From: Nostoc sp. PCC 7120 = FACHB-418 | GTDB lineage: Bacteria; Cyanobacteriota; Cyanobacteriia; Cyanobacteriales; Nostocaceae | NCBI RefSeq assembly: GCF_000009705.1 | Contig: NC_003272.1 | Coordinates: forward strand, 990,001 to 1,022,000 | DNA: 32,000 bases | Direction: 5' to 3' | The notes under the pieces: model-generated | Databases searched by the model: none | Told to the model about the DNA's origin: nothing | Seen by the model: the letters and a program-made list of their open reading frames with translations, nothing else | Part shown: in pieces, positions 7,980 to 17,091 of the stretch | Numbering within the stretch: the stretch's first letter is position 1 | Layout: the number at the start of each line of letters is the position of its first letter | Program-made: the position numbers and the translations under genes

Positions 7980-9836
7980 ATGAATCAGTTTCTATTTGCA
8001 ACAAGTTGGTGTGTGCCTTTTTACAGCTTGCTAGGCGCACTGTTGACATTACCTTGGGGAATAGGAATAGTTCGACGCACTGGGCCTAGGCCTGCGGCGT
8101 ATTTTAACTTGTTGACTACCATTGTGGGCTTTGCTCATAGCCTATGGGTATTTAAGGATATTTGGAGCAGAGAACAAGAAAATTTAGTGATTACTTGGTT
8201 TCAAGCTGCGGATTTAAACTTATCCTTTGCGTTGGAACTCTCACCTGTCAGCATGGGAGCGACAGTATTAATCACAGGGTTAAGTTTGTTAGCGCAAATT
8301 TATGCCTTGGGTTACATGGAGAAAGACTGGTCATTGGCGCGTTTTTTCGGTCTGCTCGGCTTTTTTGAAGCAGCACTGAGCGGTTTAGCTATTAGCGACT
8401 CTTTATTTCTCAGCTATGGACTATTGGAAATATTGACGCTTTCCACTTACTTACTTGTAGGTTTTTGGTACGCTCAACCGCTAGTGGTAACAGCTGCACG
8501 GGATGCTTTTTGGACAAAGCGCGTGGGTGACTTGTTGCTGTTGATGGCTGTAGTCACACTTTCCACCTTAGCGGGTAGTTTGAACTTTTCAGATTTATAT
8601 GAGTGGGTACAAACTGCGAATTTAGACCCCGTAACTGCAACATTGTTGTGTTTAGGGTTGATTGCGGGCCCGGCTGGTAAATGCGCTCAGTTCCCCTTGC
8701 ATCTGTGGTTGGATGAGGCTATGGAAGGGCCCAACCCAGCATCTGTGATGCGGAACTCACTGGTGGTTGCTGGTGGTGCTTATCTATTATACAAACTACA
8801 ACCAATTTTAATTCTGTCGCCAGTGGCGTTGAATGTGCTGATTATCATTGGTGGGGTGACAGCAATTGGTGCTAGTTTGGTTTCCATTGCTCAGACTGAT
8901 ATTAAGCGGGCTTTGTCTCATTCCACCAGTGCATATATGGGTTTGGTTTTTCTGGCGGTGGGCTTAGAACAGGGTGGTGTAGCTTTGATGCTGTTGTTGA
9001 CCCATGCGATCGCCAAAGCGTTACTATTTATGAGTTCGGGTTCTGTCATATTCACGACTCATAGTCAAGACTTGACAGAGATGGGTGGTTTATGGTCACG
9101 GATGCCAGCTACTACGACTGCCTTTGTGGTTGGTTCTGCCGGGATGGTGACACTGTTACCACTAGGTAGCTTTTGGGCGATGTTGTCTTGGGCTGACGGT
9201 TTGGTAAGAGTTAGCCCTTGGGTAATTGGAGTTTTAATTTTAGTCAATGGTTTGACGGCTTTGAACTTGACGCGAGTATTTAGACTGGCATTTTGGGGTC
9301 AACCGCAACAAAAGACCCGCCGTGCGCCAGAGGTTGGCTGGACAATGGCTTTCCCGATGGTGACATTGATAATATTGACTTTATTATTACCCCTGATGTT
9401 ACAGCAGTGGTACTTATTACCAGCTTGGGAAAGTATTGACTGGTACGTTGTTTTAGTTTTGGTTTCCTCTACGGTGGCTGGTGTAGTGATTGGGTCAACG
9501 ATTCATTTACACAAAGCTTGGTCTCGTTCCACAGTTTTGGCTTGGAGATTCATACAGGATTTATTGGGTTATGACTTCTACATTGACCGCATTTATCGCT
9601 TGACAGTTGTGAGTGCAGTAGCTTTATTGTCGAGGATTTCTGCTTGGAGCGATCGCTATTTAGTTGATGGTTTAGTGAACTTAGTGGGCTTTGCCACAAT
9701 TTTCGGCGGGCAAGGTTTGAAATATAGCATTTCCGGTCAATCCCAAGGATATATGTTGACTATCCTCGCCGTAGTTGGTGCTTTAGGCTTTTTCATTAGC
9801 TGGTCATTAGGCTTACTGGATAAATTGCCTTTTTAG
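7980..9836 (+). CDS. ndhF3: NDH-1MS subunit NdhF3 (NAD(P)H-quinone oxidoreductase chain 5-like, CO2-uptake type)
   Basis: 618-aa polytopic membrane protein of the NuoL/NdhF family. It is the first gene of an F-D-cupA operon arrangement. Confidence 0.9.
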   Translation: MNQFLFATSWCVPFYSLLGALLTLPWGIGIVRRTGPRPAAYFNLLTTIVGFAHSLWVFKDIWSREQENLVITWFQAADLNLSFALELSPVSMGATVLITGLSLLAQIYALGYMEKDWSLARFFGLLGFFEAALSGLAISDSLFLSYGLLEILTLSTYLLVGFWYAQPLVVTAARDAFWTKRVGDLLLLMAVVTLSTLAGSLNFSDLYEWVQTANLDPVTATLLCLGLIAGPAGKCAQFPLHLWLDEAMEGPNPASVMRNSLVVAGGAYLLYKLQPILILSPVALNVLIIIGGVTAIGASLVSIAQTDIKRALSHSTSAYMGLVFLAVGLEQGGVALMLLLTHAIAKALLFMSSGSVIFTTHSQDLTEMGGLWSRMPATTTAFVVGSAGMVTLLPLGSFWAMLSWADGLVRVSPWVIGVLILVNGLTALNLTRVFRLAFWGQPQQKTRRAPEVGWTMAFPMVTLIILTLLLPLMLQQWYLLPAWESIDWYVVLVLVSSTVAGVVIGSTIHLHKAWSRSTVLAWRFIQDLLGYDFYIDRIYRLTVVSAVALLSRISAWSDRYLVDGLVNLVGFATIFGGQGLKYSISGQSQGYMLTILAVVGALGFFISWSLGLLDKLPF

Positions 9837-9924
9837 TCAGTTGTCAATAGAAGAGACGTGCATACAACGTCTGTACATTAATTCTTCCCCCTGCCTAAAC
9901 TTCCTCATTTCCCCATGATTATCT

Positions 9925-11427
9925 ATGCTTAGTGTATTGATCTTTGCCCCATTGTTGGGTGCGCTGCTAATTGGTCTACTCCCATCTGGTATTAATGGGA
10001 GAAGTTCCCGTAATGTGGCATTGATTTTTGCCAGTGTGACTTTTCTGTGGTCGGTGATACTGGCTAGCCAGTTTCAACCAGGAGAAGTTAACCAACAGTT
10101 TAGTGAGTTTCTACCTTGGATAGATACCTTGGGATTGAGTTATAATCTTGGTGTGGATGGTCTATCTTTGCCATTGCTGGTGTTGAATGGATTATTAACT
10201 GGCATTGCCATTTACAGCAGCGATGAATCCTTGCAACGTCCCAAGTTTTATTACTCCTTGATATTGGTGTTGAGTGCTGGGGTATCAGGAGCCTTTCTGG
10301 CACAAGATTTACTACTATTCTTCCTGTTTTACGAGCTGGAACTCATTCCTCTGTATCTCTTAATTGCAATTTGGGGTGGTGCAAGACGAGGCTATGCAGC
10401 TACGAAATTTTTGATCTACACTGCTTTTTCGGGAATTTTGATTTTAGCCAGTTTCTTGGGCTTGGTTTGGTTGAGTGGGTCTGGTAGTTTTGCACTATCA
10501 ACCTTAAATGCTCAGTCTCTACCCTTAGCAACTCAACTATTACTTCTAGCAGGGATTTTAGTAGGTTTTGGCATCAAAATGCCCTTAGTTCCTTTTCACA
10601 CTTGGTTACCAGATGCACACGTTGAAGCCTCTACACCGATTTCTGTGTTGCTGGCTGGGGTACTGTTGAAGTTGGGAACTTATGGCTTGTTGCGATTTGG
10701 GATGAACTTGTTACCAGCAGCCTGGAATTATTTAGCACCTTGGTTGGCGGCTTGGGCGGTGGTAAGTGTGTTGTATGGTTCATCATGTGCGATCGCGCAA
10801 ACAGACATGAAAAAAATGGTAGCCTACAGTTCAATAGGACATATGGGCTATGTGCTGTTAGCGGCGGCGGCAGCTACACCTTTAAGTACCTTGGGCGCTG
10901 TCATGCAGATGATTAGCCACGGTTTAATTTCGGCACTGTTGTTTTTGTTGGTGGGGGTTGTGTATAAAAAAGCAGGTAGCCGCGATTTAGATGTAATCCG
11001 AGGCTTATTGAACCCAGAACGGGGTATGCCTGTAATTGGTACTTTGATGATTGTTGGCGTGATGGCTAGCGCCGGGACTCCGGGGATGGTGGGATTTATC
11101 TCCGAATTTATTATATTTCGGGGTTCTTTTGCGGTTTTTCCGGTGCAAACCCTGTTGTCGATGATTGGTACTGGGTTAACGGCGGTTTACTTTTTAATTC
11201 TCGTCAATAAAGCATTTTTTGGGCGCTTATCGGCCCAGGTGATGAATTTACCACGGATTTATTGGAGCGATCGCGCTCCTGCCTTTATCTTAGCGGTGCT
11301 AATTGTGATTTTTGGTATCCAACCTTCTTGGTTAGCCCGTTGGACTGAACCTACCATTACAGCTATGTTTAGTGTTGAAAGTACGGTGGCAACAGTCTCT
11401 TTAAATAAAGTAAAGGAGAAAAGTTAA
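9925..11427 (+). CDS. ndhD3: NDH-1MS subunit NdhD3 (chain 4-like, CO2-uptake type)
   Basis: 500-aa NuoM/NdhD-family membrane protein located between ndhF3 and cupA. Confidence 0.9.
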   Translation: MLSVLIFAPLLGALLIGLLPSGINGRSSRNVALIFASVTFLWSVILASQFQPGEVNQQFSEFLPWIDTLGLSYNLGVDGLSLPLLVLNGLLTGIAIYSSDESLQRPKFYYSLILVLSAGVSGAFLAQDLLLFFLFYELELIPLYLLIAIWGGARRGYAATKFLIYTAFSGILILASFLGLVWLSGSGSFALSTLNAQSLPLATQLLLLAGILVGFGIKMPLVPFHTWLPDAHVEASTPISVLLAGVLLKLGTYGLLRFGMNLLPAAWNYLAPWLAAWAVVSVLYGSSCAIAQTDMKKMVAYSSIGHMGYVLLAAAAATPLSTLGAVMQMISHGLISALLFLLVGVVYKKAGSRDLDVIRGLLNPERGMPVIGTLMIVGVMASAGTPGMVGFISEFIIFRGSFAVFPVQTLLSMIGTGLTAVYFLILVNKAFFGRLSAQVMNLPRIYWSDRAPAFILAVLIVIFGIQPSWLARWTEPTITAMFSVESTVATVSLNKVKEKS

Positions 11428-11431
11428 TAGT

Positions 11432-11452
11432 GGGTAATGGGTAATGGGTAAT
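11432..11452. repeat. Heptamer tandem repeat (gggtaat x3) just after the ndhD3 stop
   Basis: Read directly from the sequence. Confidence 0.7.
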
Positions 11453-11546
11453 TGAAGTTTATTTACCTTTTACCTATTACTAACCTCCAAGAATAATATA
11501 CATCTACAAACAGAAAAATATTTTTATTGATGACGGAGAAATTATC

Positions 11547-12677
11547 ATGGTAAATATTAAAAATAAACCAGCTAATAAACCTTTGGCTGAATATATCGAA
11601 CGCCTACAAACAGGAGAAGCTTTACTTGTAGATAGTCCTCGAAATGTTTTAGAAGTGGTGGGCATTCTCAAAAGTTATGGAATTGTTTTAGATGCTTATT
11701 CTAAAAATCTAATTTATATTGCCGAAAATCAATTTTTAGTATTTTTCCCATTTTTTAAATATTTTAATGGTGAGGTTTCTTGGGGAAAATTACTCCGTCA
11801 TTGGTGGCATGACAGAATTAATTTTGAATATGCCGAGTATTGTATGAAAGCCATGATGTGGCACGGTGGTGGTGGCTTAGACGCATATTTAGAGACTAAG
11901 GAATTTCAACGGCGAGCAGAAACCGTTATTCAAGCAAAATTTGCCAAAAACCCTTTGGTTAAAGGACTCAATCAACTGTTTCCAGATTTTTTAACAGAAA
12001 ATTTAAGAGTATCTGCTTACTATAGTGGTTTGGGTCAGTTTTGGCGCGTCATGGCTGATATTTTCCTGGAATTATCAGACCTTTATGACCAAGGTAAAAT
12101 TCAGACTATTCCCGAAGTCGTAGAGCATATAAAAGCTGGGTTGGTTGCAGACGCGATGAAGCCAATTACCTACGCAGTGAAAATCCAAAATAAAGTCTAT
12201 GAGATTATCCCCAACAGTTTAGGTTTGACTTTCTTGGCAGATACAGCAATACCTTATGTAGAGGCTGTATTTTTTAGGGGGACTCCCTTTTTAGGCACAG
12301 TTTCCTATAATGCTCAAGCTTATCAAATTCCTCCTGACCAATCTCGATTTCAATATGGCGCATTATACGCTGACCCTCTACCTATTGGTGGCGCAGGTAT
12401 TCCGCCTACCTTGCTCATGCAGGATATGCGTCATTATTTGCCAGAGTATTTGCATGAAATTTATCGCCAAAGTCCCAGAGGTGAGGATGATTTGCTAGTG
12501 CAGATTTGTATTACTTTTCAAAAGTCAATGTTTTGCGTCACCACAGCCGCCATTTTGGGACTGATGCCTTATTCTTTGGATACCAAGGAACCATCAGAAC
12601 AGGAAGCCAATCAAATTTATTTTGAAAAGTGGATGGATAGATTTGTCACATCACGCTTGGTTGATGTTAATAAGTAA
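11547..12677 (+). CDS. cupA: CO2 hydration protein CupA (ChpY)
   Basis: 376 aa with the FFPFFKYFNGE...RHWWHDRINFEYAEYCMKAMMWHGGGGLDAYL motif block that I recognise from ChpX/ChpY proteins. It follows ndhF3-ndhD3. Confidence 0.9.
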   Translation: MVNIKNKPANKPLAEYIERLQTGEALLVDSPRNVLEVVGILKSYGIVLDAYSKNLIYIAENQFLVFFPFFKYFNGEVSWGKLLRHWWHDRINFEYAEYCMKAMMWHGGGGLDAYLETKEFQRRAETVIQAKFAKNPLVKGLNQLFPDFLTENLRVSAYYSGLGQFWRVMADIFLELSDLYDQGKIQTIPEVVEHIKAGLVADAMKPITYAVKIQNKVYEIIPNSLGLTFLADTAIPYVEAVFFRGTPFLGTVSYNAQAYQIPPDQSRFQYGALYADPLPIGGAGIPPTLLMQDMRHYLPEYLHEIYRQSPRGEDDLLVQICITFQKSMFCVTTAAILGLMPYSLDTKEPSEQEANQIYFEKWMDRFVTSRLVDVNK

Positions 12678-12714
12678 TTGGTAATTGCTAATAATTTTCT
12701 TTTCCCATCCCCAA

Positions 12715-15700
12715 TCACAAACCCTGTTGCAATTTCTTACTTGCAAATTCTCTTACTTGCTCATCTGGGTCATTGGTGGCGCGATCGCGCAATAATTTTA
12801 TAGTCTGGGGATGGTGGGGATATTGTTCAATAATCGTTTCTAGGGCTAATTGCCGGGGATTAAGTTGAAAGTTGTACTCACGGGTAAAGGGGTCATTGAC
12901 GGCGCAGTTATAGAACACCTCAAATATACTAGGGTCGTCTTTGAAACTGCGGGTTAATTCTTGCAATGCGGTATGGCGCACATCTAAATGCTGGTCTGTC
13001 ATAGCCCGTTTTTTCAAAATTGGTAAAGTATCAGGGTCATCCTGAAAACCCCTGGCTAATTCTTGTAATGCGGCTTGGCGGACGTTGGCATATTTATCAG
13101 AGGTGGCACGTTTTTTCAAAATTGGTAGGGTATCTGAGTCATCTTTAAAACCTCTGGCTAATTCTTGCACCGCCGCCCGGCGGACAGATTCATTATCATC
13201 AGAGGTGGCGCGTTGTTTGAGAATAGGGAGGGTATCTGGGTCATCTTTAAAACCCCTGGCTAATTCTTGCACAGCCGCCCGGCGGACATCTGCGTGTGTA
13301 TCAACAATAGCTCGCAGTTTGAGCAGAGGCAGAATATCGGGGTCATCTTTAAAGCCTCTAGCCAATTCTTGCACAGCCGCCCGGCGGACATACTTATCAC
13401 CATCAATAGTGGCGCATTGTTTTAACCAGGAGAGAGTTTGCGAGTCATCTTTAAAACCCCTAGCTAATTCCTGTACTGCAACTTGGCGGACATCAAAAGA
13501 CTTGTCAGCGATCGCACTCTGTTTGAGAATAGATATAGTATCGGGGTCATCTTTAAAACCCCTCGCTAATTCCTGCACTGCGGCTTGGCGCACATACTCA
13601 TTTTCATCATGAGCCGCACTCTGTTTGAGAATAGATAAAGTATCATAGTCATCCTTAAAAACTCTGGCTAATTCTTGTAATGCAGCTTGACGCACAGTCC
13701 AATCATGAGCCGTGGTGCATTGTTTCAGCCAAGGTAAAGTATCGGGACTATCTTTAAAACCCCTGGCTAATTCTTGCACTGCTACTTGTCTGACAGCTCC
13801 CGAATTATCCTCTATGGTGCGTTGTTTCAACCAAGGTAAAGTATTTGGGTTATCTTTAAAAACCCTAGCTAATTCTTGCACTGCTACTTGGCGGACATAT
13901 TCATTTTCATCAATAGTCCCCCGTTGTTTGACAATGGGTAAAGTATCAGGGTCATCTTTAAAAACCTTTGCTAGTTCTTGCACTGCGGCTTGGCGTACAG
14001 TCCCATCACTATCGGTAGTCGCACATTTTTTCAGCCAAGGTAAGGTATCAGGGTCATCTTTGAAACCCCTGGCTAGTTCTTGCAAGGCCACACTCCGCAC
14101 ATATTCCCGTTCATCAGCCGTGGCTAGTTGTTTTAACCAAGTCAGCGTTTCTGGGTCATCTTTCCAAGTCGTGGCGACAGATGTCACTGCTTTGGTACGA
14201 ATTTCTTGTACTAGCTGGGTTTCTTCCTCATCTAAATAAGGTTGATAATAGTAGCCCAGGTCATATTTAGTTAATGCTTTGATTTGGTGCAGTAGTTTAG
14301 TGGCTGTGGATGCTACTAATAAACGATTTCGCACCTCTGCTAGACATTTAGCAGCGAGAAAAAGATTGATAAACTTTTCTGTTTCACCATTTTGAGCCAT
14401 TAAATAATCGAGAATTTCACAGACAAACCTTGGCTCAATCATGCCTGTAATTAAGCGTAATACCTCATGCCATGTTTCATCTTGCCAGTGTTTACCAAAT
14501 ACTTCATGATTCAGGTCTTTAATTGAAAGCGTTTGAGTTTCTTTAAATTGCCAAACAAATTCCCAAGCACAGAAATATTCTAAAAAAGTTCTGTGGACAA
14601 AAGCATAATAATCTGCACCCAAGTAAGACAACATAAAGTTGCGAGTCCGCAATTGATTAATCATGACTCTGGCAACTATGATAGGTTGTTCAAATTCAAT
14701 ATTTTTTAAATAGCGGATTAAAATTTTTTCTAAATCACCCGTACTAATCAAATTTCCCGCCAAACCTTTCTCGCTGGTTTGCATACGGTAGGCGACTTGA
14801 CGCAACATCGCCTGTTTATCCTTATAGTCGATAGTTTTCGGGTCTAGGCGGTAATCTTCCACTAAAGCGCGTTCCACATCCCATTGATGCAGTAGTACCC
14901 GTGATGCTTGTTCGTACAGTGTGGCTCTATCTCTGGGCAGTTCTTGATTACGGTTGAGAATTGCCATCATCGTTAATAATAAGGGATTACCTGCCAGTTC
15001 AGCGATCGCATGGGATGTATCAATTGCCCTATGCAGGCGCTCTTTTTTCCGCCTTCTATCTCCCTCATCACAAAAAGTTAATTCATGCCAGCGATGGATA
15101 AAATCTTGAATTTGTTCTGGTTCTAAATCTTGTAACATAAAGTGGCGAAACTCTGCATCTCGCAACCTTTGGGGCTTGTAACCAATCACGCGAGAAGTGA
15201 CAATCACGCGCACATCAGGATACTGATTTGTGAAACGATGAATATCAGTAATAATATCTTCTCTTTTTCCCTGTTCAAAGACTTCATCTAAGCCATCAAA
15301 CATGACTAAAGCATTACCAGTCTTTAACTGTTCATGCAGTTTATGTTGATTGAGGTGATGTACTATCCCGCTACTTTTATGAAAGAAATCAATAAAATTA
15401 CTGCATTCATTATTTTCTCGCCTCCGCATATAAGTGCGTAGCTCAATTAATAAAGGTAGTGGCTGATAAATAGCATTTCCTAAAGGTGTTTCTGCCCAAT
15501 TTAAGGCGAGAAATTGTAATAACGTGGATTTCCCTGAACCTGGGTCTCCTAAGATAACTATATATTGATAATTTTGTCTGTTATTAATCACATCTAATAT
15601 GGAAAATGTTGGTTGTTCAATATAAACTTGTTTATAATAAGCCAGTTCATCTAAGGAAATATCTTCTATTTGGTTACTTTCTCTCAGCCGTTTTAAATGT

Positions 15701-16428
15701 TCCTTTGGTAGTTCATGAACTTGGGGTAAAACCTGATGAACTTCTCGCACATTTTGAGCGATAAACATTCGCCATAGCTTCAACTCATTATAAGCATAGC
15801 CAGTTGTATCTAAACTATCTAATTTCAAGTTACTATATCGTTCCCGCAGACCTTCTTGATAACCAAGCAAGTCAAACTCCGTAGGGATACCAGCCATTTG
15901 CTGTAGGCTATCTCTCACTTCTTCTAAATTTTGAGAATCGAAAATTGGGCGTAACTTATCTGATTCTCGAATAATCGCCTTCACTTTCTTGAGATAGCGT
16001 TTCGCTAATCTTTCCCAATCAAATGCTTGGGGTAAAGGAAGTAAATTTTCTGCATACCAAGCGGTTACTAGACTCTGATAATCTATAACTTGACAGTCTG
16101 GTTGAAAGGGAAGACCAAGAAGATGTTGCAGAGATTTATTATGAATAAATGTAGTTAATGGCTGATTGTATCGTTGCAAGTCTGCTTCTTCTAAATCCGC
16201 ATCTTCTAATTCCTGCTGCATTAATTGTAAAAATTCCTTCAATGCTTTACCCGCAGCAGTTTCAATATCTTCCTTTTGCAGTTTCTGTAAAATATTATTG
16301 GGAACCGCTTTTAATAAGTCCTTAGCCCAGTCCTTCGCTGCGTCCTTTGCTAAGTCCTCAAAAATCGACTTAAAAGCAAACCCGACAGCTTGAGTTACGC
16401 CCCAAACAGCTAACAAATCTAATATCAT
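12715..16428 (-). CDS. NACHT-domain STAND NTPase with an uncharacterised helical N-terminal region and 12 or more C-terminal HEAT-like repeats (bacterial NLR-like)
   Basis: 1237 aa. Walker A is GDPGSGKST (aa 294-302, nt 15523-15549) and Walker B is LVMFDGLDEV (aa 374-383). From about aa 743 to 1170 there are 34-aa repeats of consensus VRxAAVQELARGFKDDPDTLPxLKQxAxxDxxxx. Confidence 0.9.
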   Translation of the reverse strand: MILDLLAVWGVTQAVGFAFKSIFEDLAKDAAKDWAKDLLKAVPNNILQKLQKEDIETAAGKALKEFLQLMQQELEDADLEEADLQRYNQPLTTFIHNKSLQHLLGLPFQPDCQVIDYQSLVTAWYAENLLPLPQAFDWERLAKRYLKKVKAIIRESDKLRPIFDSQNLEEVRDSLQQMAGIPTEFDLLGYQEGLRERYSNLKLDSLDTTGYAYNELKLWRMFIAQNVREVHQVLPQVHELPKEHLKRLRESNQIEDISLDELAYYKQVYIEQPTFSILDVINNRQNYQYIVILGDPGSGKSTLLQFLALNWAETPLGNAIYQPLPLLIELRTYMRRRENNECSNFIDFFHKSSGIVHHLNQHKLHEQLKTGNALVMFDGLDEVFEQGKREDIITDIHRFTNQYPDVRVIVTSRVIGYKPQRLRDAEFRHFMLQDLEPEQIQDFIHRWHELTFCDEGDRRRKKERLHRAIDTSHAIAELAGNPLLLTMMAILNRNQELPRDRATLYEQASRVLLHQWDVERALVEDYRLDPKTIDYKDKQAMLRQVAYRMQTSEKGLAGNLISTGDLEKILIRYLKNIEFEQPIIVARVMINQLRTRNFMLSYLGADYYAFVHRTFLEYFCAWEFVWQFKETQTLSIKDLNHEVFGKHWQDETWHEVLRLITGMIEPRFVCEILDYLMAQNGETEKFINLFLAAKCLAEVRNRLLVASTATKLLHQIKALTKYDLGYYYQPYLDEEETQLVQEIRTKAVTSVATTWKDDPETLTWLKQLATADEREYVRSVALQELARGFKDDPDTLPWLKKCATTDSDGTVRQAAVQELAKVFKDDPDTLPIVKQRGTIDENEYVRQVAVQELARVFKDNPNTLPWLKQRTIEDNSGAVRQVAVQELARGFKDSPDTLPWLKQCTTAHDWTVRQAALQELARVFKDDYDTLSILKQSAAHDENEYVRQAAVQELARGFKDDPDTISILKQSAIADKSFDVRQVAVQELARGFKDDSQTLSWLKQCATIDGDKYVRRAAVQELARGFKDDPDILPLLKLRAIVDTHADVRRAAVQELARGFKDDPDTLPILKQRATSDDNESVRRAAVQELARGFKDDSDTLPILKKRATSDKYANVRQAALQELARGFQDDPDTLPILKKRAMTDQHLDVRHTALQELTRSFKDDPSIFEVFYNCAVNDPFTREYNFQLNPRQLALETIIEQYPHHPQTIKLLRDRATNDPDEQVREFASKKLQQGL
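12919..14202 (-). repeat. Coding tandem repeat array with a 102-bp period (one unit of 99 bp), about 12.5 units; encodes the HEAT-like repeats
   Basis: Repeat starts fall at aa V777, 811, 845, 879, 912, 946, 980, 1014, 1048, 1082, 1116 and 1150. Long near-identical DNA strings such as gtcatctttaaaacccctggctaattcttgcac recur. The periodicity also produces phantom repeat ORFs on the plus strand. Confidence 0.85.
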
Positions 16429-16778
16429 ACCCGTGTTTGCCTAGCTTTAGACTTCGAGTATAGCTATCAACTATGGGAATGGTTGTAGATTTCAGCATAA
16501 TTGAAGAAATGTGATGTGGAACTGTACTCAGTTAAGCTGGTTTTAAAGCTTCCTAGTTAACCCTGTGGTTTTGTAACTTTCACTCCGGGCGATCGCACAA
16601 CGCCAGTTGCTACAATGAAGTCACCCTTTATCATGCGCTATTTGTAGTGCATTAAGCGCAGATATCGAGATAATTGCTGATGAGGAAGAGAATTAAAGCA
16701 CCTAACACACCGCTACATAATACGGTGCATTAGGCTAAAGCAATAAAACTACTTTAGGTTTACTTGAATAGTGTTATC

Positions 16779-16982
16779 CTAGCCAGCATTGTAGGCGACC
16801 AAGTGCAGTACATCCCGCACTACACTATAGCCATTTAAATCCCAAAGTAAATACGCAAGAAAACCAAGCATAGCTAAACGACCATTCCAAAGTTCAGACT
16901 GAGGAGTAAATCCAAACTCAAAAGCATTACGATCTTTGCCATTATATGCGGTTTCAGTTTTATCGGTAGGATAGAGTTCCAT
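16779..16982 (-). CDS. hli: High-light-inducible protein (HLIP; CAB/ELIP/HLIP family, single helix)
   Basis: 67 aa with the chlorophyll-binding helix motif ELWNGRLAMLGF. Confidence 0.9.
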   Translation of the reverse strand: MELYPTDKTETAYNGKDRNAFEFGFTPQSELWNGRLAMLGFLAYLLWDLNGYSVVRDVLHLVAYNAG

Positions 16983-17067
16983 TGTTAAATTTTCCCAAGA
17001 ATATAATTACGCTTTTAATCATATTTACTTAAATTTCTATTATTATCTATCCGTAGAGTCAAATATT

Positions 17068-17091
17068 AAGTAAATCTTGAGAAGTAAATCT
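17068..17091. promoter_or_regulatory. Two 10-bp direct repeats (aagtaaatct, 4-bp spacer) 86-110 bp upstream of hli; candidate response-regulator site
   Basis: Read directly. On the gene strand the repeat reads AGATTTACTT-ctca-AGATTTACTT. The core TTTAC resembles HLR1 half-sites, but the period is 14 bp rather than 10. Confidence 0.3.

Noticed and set aside
13085-14239. Two 175-aa plus-strand ORFs (13085-13612 and 13712-14239) with strikingly repetitive translations (…SSLKPLANSCTAARRT…)
   Set aside because: They are the antisense image of the 102-bp HEAT-repeat array. The periodic DNA keeps the opposite frame open by chance, and the minus-strand NACHT-HEAT ORF fully explains the region.
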